Part shown: positions 35,096 to 35,234 of the stretch, piece by piece | Layout: each line of letters opens with the position of its first letter | Position numbering within the stretch: the first letter of the stretch is position 1 | From: a virus | Lineage: Duplodnaviria > Caudoviricetes | Strand: one strand, 5' to 3' | Length of the DNA stretch: 35,234 bases | Virus record (IMG/VR): IMGVR_UViG_3300011339_000259 | Location: 1-35,234 of that record | Notes under the pieces: model-generated | The model's input: the letters and a program-made list of their open reading frames with translations, nothing else | Database searches by the model: none | What the model was told of the DNA's origin: nothing | Position numbers and translations under genes: made by a program

Positions 35096-35234
35096 TATCT
35101 AAATCCTGCCGTTTTCTTTGCCACTTTGGGTGGTTGTTTTACGAACTGCTTCCCTTTAGCTTTGCCAGCACGTTTTGCACGCGTTGTCGCAGCGTACTCA
35201 GAAGGGCTAAGAGCTTTAATTGCAGCTTCAGGAA
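35095..35234 (-). CDS. C-terminal part of a basic phage protein (DUF5872-like; 5' truncated)
   Basis: Translates PEAAIKALSPSEYAATTRAKRAGKAKGKQFVKQPPKVAKKTAGFR*, with a TAATG overlap into the next gene. Confidence 0.65.
   Translation of the reverse strand, partial: PEAAIKALSPSEYAATTRAKRAGKAKGKQFVKQPPKVAKKTAGFR

Larger units (their letters stand above)
1..35234. mobile_element. Tailed dsDNA bacteriophage genome fragment, podovirus-like layout (replication block convergent with virion/lysis/ejection block)
   Basis: Primase-helicase, M15 endolysin, holin, tail adaptor/stabilisation-like genes, adhesins and large ejection proteins. Genes are densely packed with ATGA/TAATG/TGATG overlaps. No housekeeping genes, tape measure or sheath gene recognised. 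Confidence 0.95.

Noticed and set aside
1-35234. Complete diversity-generating retroelement, invertase shufflon, intron/intein or stop-codon recoding
   Set aside because: No reverse transcriptase, recombinase or homing endonuclease seen. Junction repeats are direct, not inverted, and genes are full length under the standard code.

Overview
The whole window reads as a fragment of a lytic-type, short-tailed (podovirus-like) dsDNA phage genome. No host genes, integrase, tRNA, rRNA or CRISPR array were seen. The + strand (1-4215) is a replication block: the tail of an SSB-like gene, a 111-nt structured spacer, an HTH gene, a small protein ending in the clamp-binding motif QLDLF, and a fused AEP primase/DUF927-type helicase. 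The - strand (35234 to 4178) is one tightly coupled virion/lysis run. It holds adaptor-like proteins, small basic proteins, repeat-rich structural proteins, an array of adhesin/chaperone modules, a lysis cassette (3TM holin, M15 endolysin), a P22 gp10-like tail protein, and an ejection module with its own sigma70-like promoter. That module has two Ala/Gly/Gln-rich ejection proteins flanking two paralogous GNAT-like genes, a lytic transglycosylase protein and a 3358-aa LPD38 polyvalent protein. The most notable signals are: the twin-GNAT ejection module with a shared x-A-x-G-G peptide motif; a two-state hairpin separating a Shine-Dalgarno from its start codon, plus a second SD-hairpin-AUG junction; a conserved 24-27 bp junction repeat between adhesin cassettes, with deletion scars; and a 9-codon relay ORF leading to an apparent AUU start. 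All family calls come from motif recognition by eye, with no database search.
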